This document shows positions 23,801 through 36,931 of a DNA stretch of 43,761 nt, piece after piece. Within the stretch, counting starts at the first letter, position 1. Each line of letters begins with the position of its first letter. The translations under genes and the position numbers were made by a program. Source of the stretch: Octopus bimaculoides (taxonomy: Eukaryota); contig NC_068985.1 in the NCBI RefSeq assembly GCF_001194135.2, positions 26,453,059 to 26,496,819 of the forward strand, in the 5' to 3' direction. Under the pieces are notes generated by a model. It did no database searches. It saw only the letters and a list, made by a program, of their open reading frames with translations, and was not told where the DNA came from.

Positions 23801-24073
23801 TACTCTTTTACTTGTTTCAGTCATTTGACTGTGGCCATGCTGGAACACCGCCTTTAGTTGAACAAATTGACCCCAAGACTTATTCTTTGTAAGCCTAGTA
23901 CTTATTCTGTCAGTCTCTTTTGGCGAACCGCTAAGTTACGGGGACATAAACACACCAACATCGGTTGTCAAGCAATGTTGGGGGGACAAACACAGACACA
24001 CAAACATATACACACGCATACATACATACATATATATNNNNNNNNNNNNNNNNNNNNNNNNNNNNNNNNNNNN

Positions 24074-24123
<50 letters not shown>

Positions 24124-24302
24124 GCACATATATATATATGACAGGCTTCTTTCAGTTTCTGTCTACCAAATCCACTCACAAGGCTTTGGTTGGCCCGAGG
24201 CTATAGTAGAAGACACTTGCCCAAGGTGCCACGCAGTGGGACTGAACCCAGAACCATGTGGTTGGTAAGTAAGCTACTTACCACACAGCCACTCCTACGC
24301 CT
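23801..24302 (-). mobile_element. SINE family A, full length, young
   Basis: Runs from tail tactcttttacttgtttcag to head ccacacagccactcctacgcc; central microsatellite contains a gap. Confidence 0.92.
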
Positions 24303-24921
24303 AAAGGTAAAGACAGACGAAATGCCTTTCAGCACTTCACCCAGCACACTAACGTCTCTGCCAGTTCACCGCCTTGTAGGTAGGGCATTTCTGTTATTCT
24401 TTTTATTTAGTAAAGTCACTTGACTTAATGGTTAGGCGTTAGGCTTATGGTTGTTAGGCCGTGGGTTAAATTCTTGGAATAGATACGGCATTGTGTCCTT
24501 GAGCATGTCACTTCATTTGACACTGCCTCAGTACACTCTATTAAAAAAATTGGATTGACATTCCATTCAGAAGGAAGAGTCTTGTACTCTCAGCTCTGAA
24601 AATAGAGATAAGCTCCAGTTTATGAACTTATAAGTTTCAAGTAGAATTTTGCTGTTTAATTATATCTGGTAAGTGACATGCAAGTAGTAAACTCTGGTTA
24701 CTTTAGTGACCCTAATTTTGATTCTCATTTCAAAACATTTCTTTTTTGGGGAAGTGTATAAATGTTACATTTTCATTCTTCTATAAATCTGAGGCTTGGT
24801 GTATACTTAAAAGTAATCAAATCTTGTTCTATGTAGCTAAGTTCAGACAATCATACTTAAAGTGCTGAGCTAAAAATAATGTTTATTCAATTGAGAAATA
24901 ACTGTAAGAAGAAAAATCATT

Positions 24922-25312
24922 AGTGGCTGTGTGGTAGGTAGCTTGCTTACCAACCACATGGTTCCGGGTTCAGTCCTACTGCGTGGCACCTTGGGCAAGT
25001 GTCTTCTACTATAGCCTTGGGCTGACCAAAGCCTTGTGAGTGGATTTGGTAGACGGAAACTGAAAGAAGCCCGTCGTATATATGTATATATATATGTATG
25101 TGTGTTTGTGTGTCTGTGTTTGTCCCCCCAACATCGCTTGACAACCGATGCTGGTGTGTTTACGTCCCCGTAACTTAGCGTTTCGGCAAAAGAGACCGAT
25201 AGAATAAGTACTAGGCTTACAAAGAATAAGTCCTGGGGTCGATTTGCTCGACTAAAGGTGGTGCTCCAGCATGGCCGCAGTCAAATGACTGAAACAAGTA
25301 AAAAAGTAAGAA
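24922..25312 (+). mobile_element. SINE family A, near full length, young
   Basis: agtggctgtgtggta.gtagcttgcttaccaaccacatggttccgggttcagtcc (B-box-like) ... gcagtcaaatgactgaaacaagtaaaa. Confidence 0.92.
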
Positions 25313-26091
25313 TATAAATAAAAATTATTCTCAAAAGGGATAAGGGAGAAAACTTCTAATGTTTTGATTGAGCAAATATTAAATGATAGGTGAGTGTGAT
25401 GTTTAGCAGCTATGGTGACAACTCTAGACATGTTTTGATGTAACCAGACCGCCTCAGCAAAGCCCTCTAGCCCTTCTCCACAAAGTGTACTCACCGCTAC
25501 CAAGACCTCAGAATGACTAATAGATATATTTTTAAAAAAATGTTTGTATGTGAAAATAATATTTATGTGCAGTGTACTATGCTTATTCCATTCCATACAA
25601 ATCTCTCTTTAGGTTGCTCTTTAGAATTTGATGCTTATGAATAAATACTTATTCAACACTTCAGTAAATTCTTAGTATGTGTGTGTGTTTGTGTGTGTAA
25701 GCATATATATTTGTGAGATTGTTTCTAGTAACATATATGATTTCTATAGTAATCTCTTTCTTTTCCTCTGTATTAATCTGATAGCTAAACCATTCTTATC
25801 TTTCATGTTTATTTTTAAAAAGTAACTACCATACATATCCATCTGATATTGTATTACTGTATTGCTAGTAAAGGAAATCCTGTTTGTCTTCATTTCATAA
25901 GACTATTCAATGTAATTGGAATGTTTTTAAAAAATTATTTCATCAAGAATGATTGATACTGTTTAAAATATTTAGTGCTCCTAATTTTAATTTCTCTAAT
26001 TATTAATGCTTTTCAGATCTTATTTGATTTGTTTTTTTCTGAATACCATCACTTTGGTTTGTGTGTAATCTTAGTAGTATGTATATATGTA

Positions 26092-26142
<51 letters not shown>

Positions 26143-26177
26143 ATCTATCTATCTATATATATATATACATATATATC

Positions 26178-26539
26178 AAGAGGTAGACCCAGGAAGATGT
26201 GGAATGAGGTGGTAAAGTATGATCATTGGATGTTGAGTCTCACAGAGGTGATGACATGTGAACGAGACCTTTGGCAATTTGCTGTGCTTGAGAAGACATC
26301 AAACTAAGTGAAATTGTAGTCATGGCCAGGGCGAGTGACAAATAAAAGGCACCTGTGCTGGTGATATGTAAAAGGCACCCAGCACCGTTTGTGGAGTGAT
26401 TGGTGTTAGGAAGGGCACCCAGCCATTGAAACCATGCCAAAGCAGGCTGGAGCCTGGTGCAGCTCTCCAGCTTACCAGCTCCTGCCAAACTGCTTTTTCC
26501 ATGATAGCATGAAAAACAGATGCTGAATGATGATGATGA
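26178..26539 (+). mobile_element. RTE LINE 3' end: ORF2 C-terminus plus 3' UTR and (GAT)n tail
   Basis: RGRPRKMWNEVVKYD...LWQFAVLEKT, then the UTR shared with 4347-4621, ending gatgctgaatgatgatgatg. Confidence 0.85.
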
Positions 26540-27419
26540 AGAGAGAGAGAGAGAGACACACACACACACACGCACGCACGCACGCACGCACGCACACTGA
26601 TTTACTTGCAACATGTTTAATTTGTGAAAAAAGATAGATGTAGTTGTAAGCACAAAAAAAAAAAAACCCAGCTAACAAGTCTTTGATACAATATATCTAT
26701 ATACATCTGTTTGATGTTGAATTTTCAATATTTCTGAAGTAAACCTCACCATCGAGTAGGATGTTGTTATTGATTATTGATATGAGTGGTACAAACTTTT
26801 AATTCGAACTTTGTTCGTGGCTCAGTACCTCCAAGCTTTGAATATCTGCCTTTATGTAGTCAACTCATCTATTTGACTTTGAGTTTGGTTTCCATATTAC
26901 AATGCGATACACTTTTCCTATCTGAAAATTCTTAGCAAAATACCTTACCTAATTTCTTGTGGTTATATAGTGGTTAAATTCTCTTAGTAAGGCTCTCTCT
27001 ATTAGAAAAGAATATCTTTTAGAGTGATGTTCAGAACACTGTTAAAACTATTTTTATATACATAGGTTTTGTCATAGGAGGAAGAACAGTGCCTATGATT
27101 CTATTTCTGGGCATCGTAGAATGGTGGGAAGGGAAGAAGTTCTTAAATCAAAGACCTAGCCCATATGTTTGCAACAGAATGATTTCCACTAAAGGCACCC
27201 AAGGGCCTTTATTTGATTATAAAAATACCAATAATATTTGTATTTACATTCTAGATGGTTTCGTCCAGCTATATAAACTGATATGTTTTAGGAGTGGATT
27301 TTCAAATGGAAGCTGATAAAATAATATTCAGAATGGTAAAGCAGAATTTTCAAGGTAGTTAGTGCAAAATAAAGAGTTGTTAAACTGAGCAATGGCTTGT
27401 CTTTTGGAGGGACCCATGT

Positions 27420-27660
27420 ATCTTTTAATGGATTATTGTTGTAAATACAATAGCCATTGTATGGTGTCTTGATACGGGCTCAGGCATGTCTATGTCATTT
27501 AGAAGTTTGCTTCACAGCCAAATGATTGTGGCTTCAGTCCCACTGTGATGAGTGAAATTTGTTGAATGGAAACATGAAAACTTGTTAGATGAGCAAAGAA
27601 TTTTATCATTCTGTGGGAAAAAACTGAATTCCATTGGAAGTTTAATGGCTAACCAATTCT
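27420..27660 (+). mobile_element. Possible Gypsy-type retropepsin relic split by a SINE head
   Basis: IIVVNTIAIVWCLDTGS, then a SINE-A-like head (~27481-27547), then ET*KLV...GKKLNSIG. Highly decayed. Confidence 0.3.
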
Positions 27661-29490
27661 GTAATGTGCTTGGAAATCCTTGTAGATGTGGATATTCCAC
27701 AAGGTCACCAGAAGTCACTTTTAATTTGATGGTTTGTCCCACCCACCCACTCACATATCCATTCATCTTAATATTATGACTCCCAGACACTGTCAGTGAC
27801 ACTTCAGCATTGACCTAGACAATTATGGTCTGACGTTGTTAAACTTCCCAGAGAAACCTTTGCATGGAAAACATAGTTAACTTTAAGTGTTCACTAATAT
27901 ACTTAATGTAGTGAGCCAAAAATAATTTGTAATCAATTTAAATTAAACTTAAAATGAAAAGCCATTAATGACATAATGCTCTCTGCACTAATGTATTCTG
28001 TCAAATCTGTTTTTTTCCTTGTTTATCAAATTATCAGATTACTACAGTACTCCTCAACTCTTTCTCTTCAGTGTGAGATGGGGGTTTATGCTACCTCTGA
28101 GGCAAAATGTTATCTATACATAAACACACATTATACTTATCTAATGGTCAGATGTAAACCAAATTCTTTAGCTCCAGTTATTTGGTATTTATTTTTTTAA
28201 AGCAATAACTATTAAGAATTAATGGCTAACCAATTCATTATTACCGGCATAATGCCTCTCCCAAGGTTTAATAGTATTAAGAATTAACATTTTAAAAAAT
28301 ATTTTGAATTAAAATTATTTTTCAACTCATGGAGTTAATTTTCATGTGACTGCCCCACCTTCTGCAACCTCTGCATTACATTAATAATTAGATAGAATAT
28401 TACTAAGTTTTGAAGAATCTTTATTGTAAAGTTTGTTTTGCTCCTAAACCAACAATTAGCTCTGTTATAGGTTATATTTACCAGAAGAGTCAATATTTAT
28501 TTCCGCCATGTAAGCAAACTGTAGCATCTGCAGAGACACAACAAAATATTTGCAAGAGATTTGAATTCAAGATGCATGAACTGGTAATCCTATAACAGTA
28601 ATTTGTCTTCTATCAGAATTGTACATTTAATCTGTTCACCCAAGACATTTTAGAATTAAAAATGAAAGTTGATCTGAGCGTTAATTAAAATATTCAGACA
28701 TACATAAAAGCAAAGAGCTAGTTTTGGAAATGAATTTTATATAATGAGGTTTGCTTTTGCCAGATTTTGTGAATTTGTTGACTTGAATCATTAATTAATA
28801 CAAACTGCTAGCTTTGTGAATATTTGTGTCAGCATTCTGTATATGTATTTTTCTTGTACTATTGATACTATGCCTGTTAAATGGATGGACATAACATTAA
28901 CACCATATGAAGAAATGAAATAAGAACTAATTAAATTTTATTTTAGCTGACATGTAAATGTGTGTGTGTGATGTTTTTTTCTCTTCAACTTCAATTAATT
29001 TAAAGTGCTTACTTCCATGATTTAGTTTCCAAATGCTTCATTGTTTTTGTCAAATGTTCTTGAGATTTTAAATTGTGTTTGATGACTCTGTATCAAAATA
29101 TAAGCTTGCAATTAATACTATCGTAAGAAGAAACTAGCTTCCCTCTTTTACTGTGAAGCTAGTGTAAGTTATATAACCAGATAGAATGGATCTTTTAGTA
29201 GATGGACTTGATCCTTGTGCTTTGGTAAGGAATATCCAAGACTGGCTGTTTAGTTCTCTCTCTCTTGTGATGGGAGTGGTTCTAGTAGTATTAGTAGCTT
29301 GCTGTCTGTTTCAAAATGTCTGCAACTGTCATTATGAATTAGTTATCAAAAGTGTCATATTTCCTCTTGGGTATCACTCTTTTTTGATGCCTACTGCAGA
29401 AAACCATTGCTGTGATTTTTGGTTCTTTTGTGTAGTGATCAAATTAATATGTTTAGAGATACTTTTTGATAAACTTGCTGACAAATTGGT

Positions 29491-29718
29491 TTAACCCTTT
29501 TGCATTCAGATTATTCTGTCAAATGTAATGCTTATTTATTCACTTTGTTTTGAATTATTCATGCATTTTCTTGTAGCTTTGAATTTTTTATTTTGATGAT
29601 GTGACTGTTTATTTTTAGAATGACATTATAGGGTAGATGGCAGAGGCCAGATCTGGCCAGTTTGAACATGAAACAGGTAGACTATTTATATTGGCTGATT
29701 TGAATGCTAAAGGTTTAA
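29491..29718 (+). mobile_element. piggyBac-like MITE (copy 4)
   Basis: TTAAcccttttgcattcaga ... tgaatgctaaaggtTTAA. Confidence 0.85.
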
Positions 29719-30209
29719 AGTATTATCTAGTTTTTTGCCAGTTTCCACTAACATTCTCTTAGTTAAACTATCAGTTAATCAATTGACATAACAAGGCTAT
29801 CATAGAGAGGACTTGCATTTGCTGTAGTGGTTGATCAAATACAGACACAAAGGCGCACGCACACACGCATACACACACATACATGACTGGCTTCTTCCAG
29901 TTTGTGTCTACCCAAACCACTCAGAAGACTTTGGTTGGGCTAAGTCTATAGTAGAAGACACTTGCCTGAGGTGCCACACAGTGGGACTGAACCTGGAACC
30001 ATGTGGTTTGGAAACGAGCTTCTTACTACACAGCCATGCCTTTCCTGACTTTTGAATCACTTGAGAAGACATATCAAACTAAGTGCTCCAGTATGGCCGC
30101 AGTCAACTGGCTGAAACAAGTAAAAGATAGATCAAAGATATCTTTGGTCATTGGTTTCATTGATCAGGACTGATGGAATTAAACATCAACAATACTAATG
30201 CTTAATATT

Positions 30210-30241
<32 letters not shown>

Positions 30242-30613
30242 GGTGCAGGAGTGGCTGTGTGGTAAGTAGCTTGCTTACCAACCACATGGTTCTGGGTTCA
30301 GTCCCACTGCGTGGCACCTTGGGCAAGTGTCTTCTACTATAGCCTCGGGCCAACCAAAGCCTTGTGAGTGGATTTGGTAGATGGAAACTGAANNNNNNNN
30401 NNTTGTGTGTCTGTGTTTGTCCCCCCACCATCGCTTGATGACCGATGCTGGTGTGTTTGCGTCCCCGTAACTTGGTGGTTCTGCAAAAAGAGACCGATAG
30501 AATAAGTACTAGGCTTACAAAGAATAAGTCCTGGGGTTGAGTTGCTCGACTAAAGGTGGTGCCCCAGCATGGTCGCAGTCAAATGACTGAAACAAGTAAA
30601 AGAGTAACGAGTA
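30242..30613 (+). mobile_element. SINE family A, full length, young
   Basis: ggtgcaggagtggctgtgtggtaagtagc ... gaaacaagtaaaagagtaacgagt; central tract replaced by a 10-N gap. Confidence 0.92.
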
Positions 30614-31949
30614 ATATATATATATATATATAAATTGAGTGCAGTTGAGAAAATATGAGCCAGCATATTATAAAAGACTGTCAGAACATCCTGTTTAGTT
30701 GAAAGGTATTAAAGGGACATAGGATGTTTGGAGATGAATGCTGAAAATTTAAGATGTGTTGACAGGAAGCTTTTAGAATTAGAGGCTACTGTAATATTGG
30801 AAGGGAAGTTATATTTCTTCTTTAAATAAGTAAAGCTGTACTCTTATCCATCTATCCACCTACTCACAAATCTCCATAGAAACCAAATATATTTTGTATT
30901 TATTTTTGTTTCAGTAATAATTTTATTTAAAAATTCTATTTATATATTTTTAAAAATTGTTTTTGGTGTAAAAATAGTTTGAGTTTTAAAAATACCTTGC
31001 TGTTTGTATATATGTATAATGTGTACACATACACACATGCACGCATATATATATATATATCTACATGTCTATGTCTGTACATGTGTGTCTGTGTTTGCAC
31101 TCACACATATGGTATGTAGTATGCCATTTTTGTCTGGTAACTATAGTAACATGTCAGACAGAATCGTTTACAAGCTGTAGATAATCACATGCTGGCAAGG
31201 GGCAGATTATTCATTTACAACTGATAAAATGTTGTTTAATACTAACATGCCAAAGAGGTGGAGACTCTCTCATTCTTTCTCCCCTGAGCACTAACTGCAC
31301 CAACATCCATATAATAAGCCTTACATGGCTTATTACTTACAGTAGCTCTTTTACTATTACCAAGCTGTTTGGTGAAATCTACTGTCGCCATATCTCATTT
31401 GTAATATATACTAGCCTGGTACTAGAAAATCTTTGATAATTACAAGGGGACTGTTTGTATTGTAGTATTGATATTTCATTTTAGATATAAACAAACAGGT
31501 TGTTAATGGAGTGCCAAACAAAATACTTCCTAATATTTAGTAGTAACTCTTTATATTGTGAGTTTAAATCCCACAAAAGTACACTTAGCCTTTCGTTCTT
31601 TCAGGGTTGATAAAATATATGAAGTTAGATACTAGTGTCAAAATAATTATCTACGCTCTCCCTCAAAATCTGTGGTCTTTTGCCAATTTTTCAAGCTGAG
31701 CCAACTGGCAGAGGACCTAGGGGCAGGCCAAGAATGAAATAGTTGGATAGAATCTATAAACTCAACTTGTCACACTTGGGAATCCAGCTGGAAAGTTTAA
31801 TGATGGTTGTCTCTGATAGGATCCTGTAGAGGAATTGTTTGAGCACTCTACCCCTGTGACTCTCCCAGAATTAGTTGGTGCAGAAAATGGATAGATAGAT
31901 TATTGAAGTACTATTAATAGTCCGACATTCGCCATGATAGATCGCTGAC

Positions 31950-32130
31950 CACTACACATATTTTTTTTCTCTCCTTGTTTCTCTCCTTATTTCTTTCTGT
32001 GTTCCTTTCTGTTGAAGAGCGTTGGCTCGAAATGTCAAAGACTTTCTCTATTCACGAGCGTTATACTAATACATCCATTTGTTGTTTACACCACCTGTCT
32101 TTGTCTGTTGTTTTTTCATGAATTCTCCCA
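31950..32130 (+). mobile_element. Penelope-like terminal repeat with hammerhead-like motif (copy 2)
   Basis: Homologous to 3470-3636; motif at 32005-32040. Confidence 0.6.
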
Positions 32131-34834
32131 TACTATTAGTAGTAGTTCTTTAATACCAGGTTGATTCTGATTGATCAGATTTATGATCAATCAGAACTGA
32201 TTAATTAATCACAAGTCTGATCAATCAGGACTAGGTTATTATCAACAACATTCCTGCCATGCCCAGCTTATATGTTTTTTCTAGACATAGTAAATGTAGG
32301 AGTACATTATCCAATACATTCTTTGAGATAGAAAAAATGTGATATGAGGGAGTTATCTGCAATTGGTATTCTGTCCAAACTATGATTCAGTTTCTGGAAG
32401 TTAAATGCCTTTTATCATATGAAATAAAATGATGTAGTCATGTGATGGTATTCCTTTGAGTTTGATTAATTATTGTTTTTAATATAGCTACAAGGCTTGA
32501 AGTTTTGTGGGAGGAGGAAAGCTGATTAAATTGACCCCAGAATGTAACTGGTACTTTATTTTATTGGTTTCAGAAGTATCATCTGATAAAAGGCATTTAA
32601 CTTCCAGAAACTGATTTAAACTTCAGAAACTGGAGATAAGGATTGGCCTATTGAATGAACAATACATTAGCCCTTTGTATACTAGGACTATTGTAAAATT
32701 AATGAATGTTTAATAATTTAGAGATCTCACATCAAGTCTTTCTCTGGAACTGGAGCTTGTGAAAGAAAACAACTAACTGAGTGTCTTGTTTCAAAAGTTC
32801 TAAAGTTCTACAAATTGGCAGAATCACCGGTAGTTCAATTTCCTGCAAATAGTGTAAAGGAAAAGAATAGAAATAAAACATCACTGGGTTGCTGAAGATT
32901 GAGTCCTTGATAATCCTTATATCATATGTCCAAAGAAAGGGAAGAGAATATTGTGAGAGTTGTCTAGTCTCTCCAAGAGAGAGAGAGAGCTTTATGAAAA
33001 TAAGTTAAATAAAATGGAATGATAGGAACTTGAATCTGTATTGTAAGTACAGCTTTTTGATAGCTTATCACCACTCTTTAGTACTGTCAAGGCAATAAGA
33101 GTAAAAAGAAACAAAATGAGCAAGAAATTATTTCATAATATAGTTTTATTTGCTCTTGGGAAAATAAAGCTGTGTGGCTTTGTTGAAAACAAGAACAACA
33201 ATATTCTTTGCTTAGTTTGAAATAAATTATTGTTGACTCTTGTGCTTATTTTCAAATAATAGTCTCAGTTTCCTGTGAATGTTTCACAGGCAGTCTGTGT
33301 GAAAGCATTTGCATGTGAATGTAATAGCTTATTTTCTAGTCTCTTGTACCTTCAGACCCTTTTAATATCACAGTTTGTTTAGAGAAGATAGTTCTTGTCC
33401 TTCACTTCCAGTGGGTGTTGATGCCAGTGTTGACGTGGAGAACATTGTGTAAGCAGGAAAGTGAAATGATACGAGGAAAGTTTATACTCTGTGGGTGTTG
33501 AGGAAATGGTGTGGTGGTTGGTTGGTTGGCTGGTACTAAGAATAAACTAACGAAAAGGCACATGTATTGCTTGTTGGTTACTAAACAGTATTATTAACAG
33601 AATGAACCAATTTTAGTTTATATTTTATTTTTTTAAATCTTAGGTGATAGCTTGACTTTCGACGACAGAAAACCAAAAACAGAAAAATGCAAAGAATAAA
33701 AATTATAAACTCAGTTACATAATGGAGTATTTGAAGAAATTCTATACAAGTTATTTCTATATTTGCTTTAAAAAGAATACAGAAGTTACAAAGAATGCCC
33801 AGGTCTAACAATTGAAGGAGTTTGATTTTGATCAAATAGTCCCAGCAATTTTAGCATAGTTGTAACCATACATCTTTTCTCAGATCATTTACATATCAGT
33901 CAGCAATCATCCAATGGGAAGCAATTGGGGGTCCTTTGGTTTTCAGACCTTCAAGTTGTTTTTGTTTAGCCTCAAGTTAGCTTGACTTTATAATAGCCCA
34001 ATGATCAAAAGCATTCCAGTGTTATATTTTTGATATCTAGAATTATATTATCCAATATGTTCTTTTTTAATATATATTCAGCATGGTAATGTTAGTTGGA
34101 AGATATTGTTGCCTTTTCTAGCTGGGTGAGCAGCCATGTAGAAGCCCCCTAGGAGTTGTAGCAACAAAATCTTCCTCAAATCACACTACCATTTTAAAAA
34201 TGGATGGACACTTTACACACACACACACACACACACCACACTCACAAGAGGAATGGCCATCACTGGCTTGTCTCTGATTATAGGTCTACTCAATTAAAAC
34301 CAATTTAGAATTAATCATAAATAACAATAAACTCCATTTTCATGTATTGTTTGTTGTTGAGACCCAGGTTAACTCCTATGATAGAAGGCATTCCAACCAT
34401 ACCCATTGTGTCTTTTTGAGGAGTATGTAGGGCTACATAATATAATATATCCTTTCTTCATGTTAGATGGTGAGGTGTGATTCTGGAGGAGATTTGGTTG
34501 CTATTTCTAGCAAGTCAAGTGACCACATGGGCCATTTCTTGCAAATCTGGTTTTACTTGTAAATCTGGTTTTACCTGCATACATGTATTTGAATTTATTT
34601 GATGTTCTTTCCAAATTTTCAAATCTCTCACATATTATCAGTTTGTCACTTTGATTTAGTCAATCAAAGTCGGTATATATTTCCTTCCTTCATTTCTTTT
34701 TCTTTCTTTCATTTCTCTATTTCAACGTACCTTTTGGTGAAAAACAAAAAAAACAAACAAACAGAAAGAAGAAAAAGGGTCCTTTCTAAATTTACGAGCA
34801 TTACTCTCATCATAATACTTTTTCTTTTTCCCCT

Positions 34835-35172
34835 TGTTTCAATCATTGGACTGTCACCATACTGGGGCATACATTGAAGGGTTTAGTCGAACAAATCAAC
34901 CCTAGTACTTATTTTCCAAAGGTTGGTACTTAGTCTATTGGCCTCTTTTGCCAAACCACTAAGTTACTGGAATGTAAACAAACCAACATCTTGTCAAGTG
35001 TTGTGTGTGTGTGTGTGTGTGAAAAAATGCATACATACATGCGTACATACAGGCTTCCACACAATTTCTGCCTATTAAATTCACTCACAAAGCATTGGTC
35101 TGCTGAAGGCTATAGAAGAAGATACTTGCTCAAGGTGCCATGCAGTGGGACTGAATTTGCTTTTTAACCATA
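34835..35172 (-). mobile_element. Older SINE A-related copy
   Basis: tcaatcattggactgt..ccatactggggca...tttagtcgaacaaatc...ctcttttgccaaaccactaagttac...caaggtgccatgcagtgggactga. Confidence 0.75.
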
Positions 35173-36931
35173 CAATCATTATATTTTCTTAAAATTTGGT
35201 TTTCTTTTTCTTTTTTGTTTTGATTAACTTTAGCTAATTGATTAAAATTAAGATTCTGCCCATGCTGAAGCACTGGCAAAAAAGTTAATTTTTTTTAAGC
35301 TAATGATTTTTTTTTTATAGGTCATTTTCTGTAGTTTGATATGGATGAGACAAAGATAGTCTCTCATATAAGATTCTGATTACAGAACTTACTTTCATTT
35401 TGTATCCTCTTGCCTGGTAAAATTGAGAAATTTTGAGTGGCTGTGTGGTAAGTTTTTTGCTTATCATCCACATTCTATCGGTCTCTTTTGCCAAACCATT
35501 AAGTTACGGGGACATAGACATACCAACATTGGTTGTCAAGCGATGGTGGGGGGACAAACACAGAGACACAAATATATACAGGAGTGTACAGCTGCATTAC
35601 AAAACCATAGTGATTTTAAGGAATGGGTGTTGTATCTGGAGTCCTTGGCCTTCACTCCTGAGATTGAGAATATTCATTTATTCATTCATTCATTCAGCTC
35701 TTCAGTATAAGAGGCATCCAAAATAGATAAATCCTGTTGACTTCAAAGGTGTGAAAATGGATGTTGTGACCAGGGTGTTAGTGAAATGAACAAAATAGTT
35801 ACAATTGGGAAACAAACCTGGATTACAAATTTGGCTTTTGGTCACTTTACCATATTATATTTACAAAAAAAAACAAACAAACAAACAATAAAAAAAAACT
35901 TGGTTAGAAAATTGTAACTCCATATAATAGATGTGTTGCTAGCCTACTTTTATCACAAGAAGAAACAGCCGGAAATTACAATGGTGAAATGTGAAAATGT
36001 GATGATTGATGACGAATGATGGAATGATATGTGAAACTGTGTTTCAGGATTAGTTTAGTGGTATTTTGTAGCTGTAACATTTTATAGTTATAAGAATTGA
36101 AATAAATAAATTCAGTTAATGATATTTTGTCTGTGAAAAAGCTGATTTTTCTTTGTTCAGTTGCTTGAGACCTTACCAATGATTACCTAATGAAAGTTGA
36201 GCGGATACAGTAATATACTACCAATCTATAAGTTCAAAAGTTCAAATCTCACCCTGTCTTTCTTTCACCTTGCCAAAAGCAGACAACCTTTAAGTTTTTT
36301 TTTACCCAACCAAGGGTTTTTTTTACTCATTTATTACAAGCCATTATTTATAGTTGTATGCACTTTGGGTTACACCACTAAACAAATTATCTACATGTTT
36401 CTCGATTTTTCTACATACATATTCTCAATGTAAACAGATATGTTTTTTTTTTGCTTGTGAGAATAAAGCATGTAATTTGATGGAAGAGAAATCAAAGGTT
36501 ACTTTGAAGCAGTTGATTGTTGTTATGTCTCTCATGGCTACAGAAGATGCTTGATTCATGTCATATGGGCAGCTATTGGTCTATTTTGCTATTCAAGGTG
36601 TTTTAACCTGATATACTAAATGATATTATCCATTACTGTACTCACTTTGAAACACACTATAAAATAACTTTATATATAGAGAGAGATAATGATGCAAATA
36701 AACATACTTGGGCTTGATATATGAAATATACATACCTATATGCATGTGTGTATATATATCATNNNNNNNNNNNNNNNNNNNNNNNNNNNNNNNNNNNNNN
36801 NNNNNNNNNNNNNNNNNNNNNNNNNNNNNNNNNNNNNNNNNNNNNNNNNNNNNNNNNNNNNNGTATGTATGTATGTAGAGAGAGAGAGAGAGAAGCAAAA
36901 TTTTCAGAAGATGAAAATTCATATATATATA

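Noticed and set aside
33410-33450. Possible small exon (pyrimidine tract-AG ... GTaagc)
   Set aside because: About 37 nt, not frame-preserving, with no similarity to leprecan proteins; consistent with chance.
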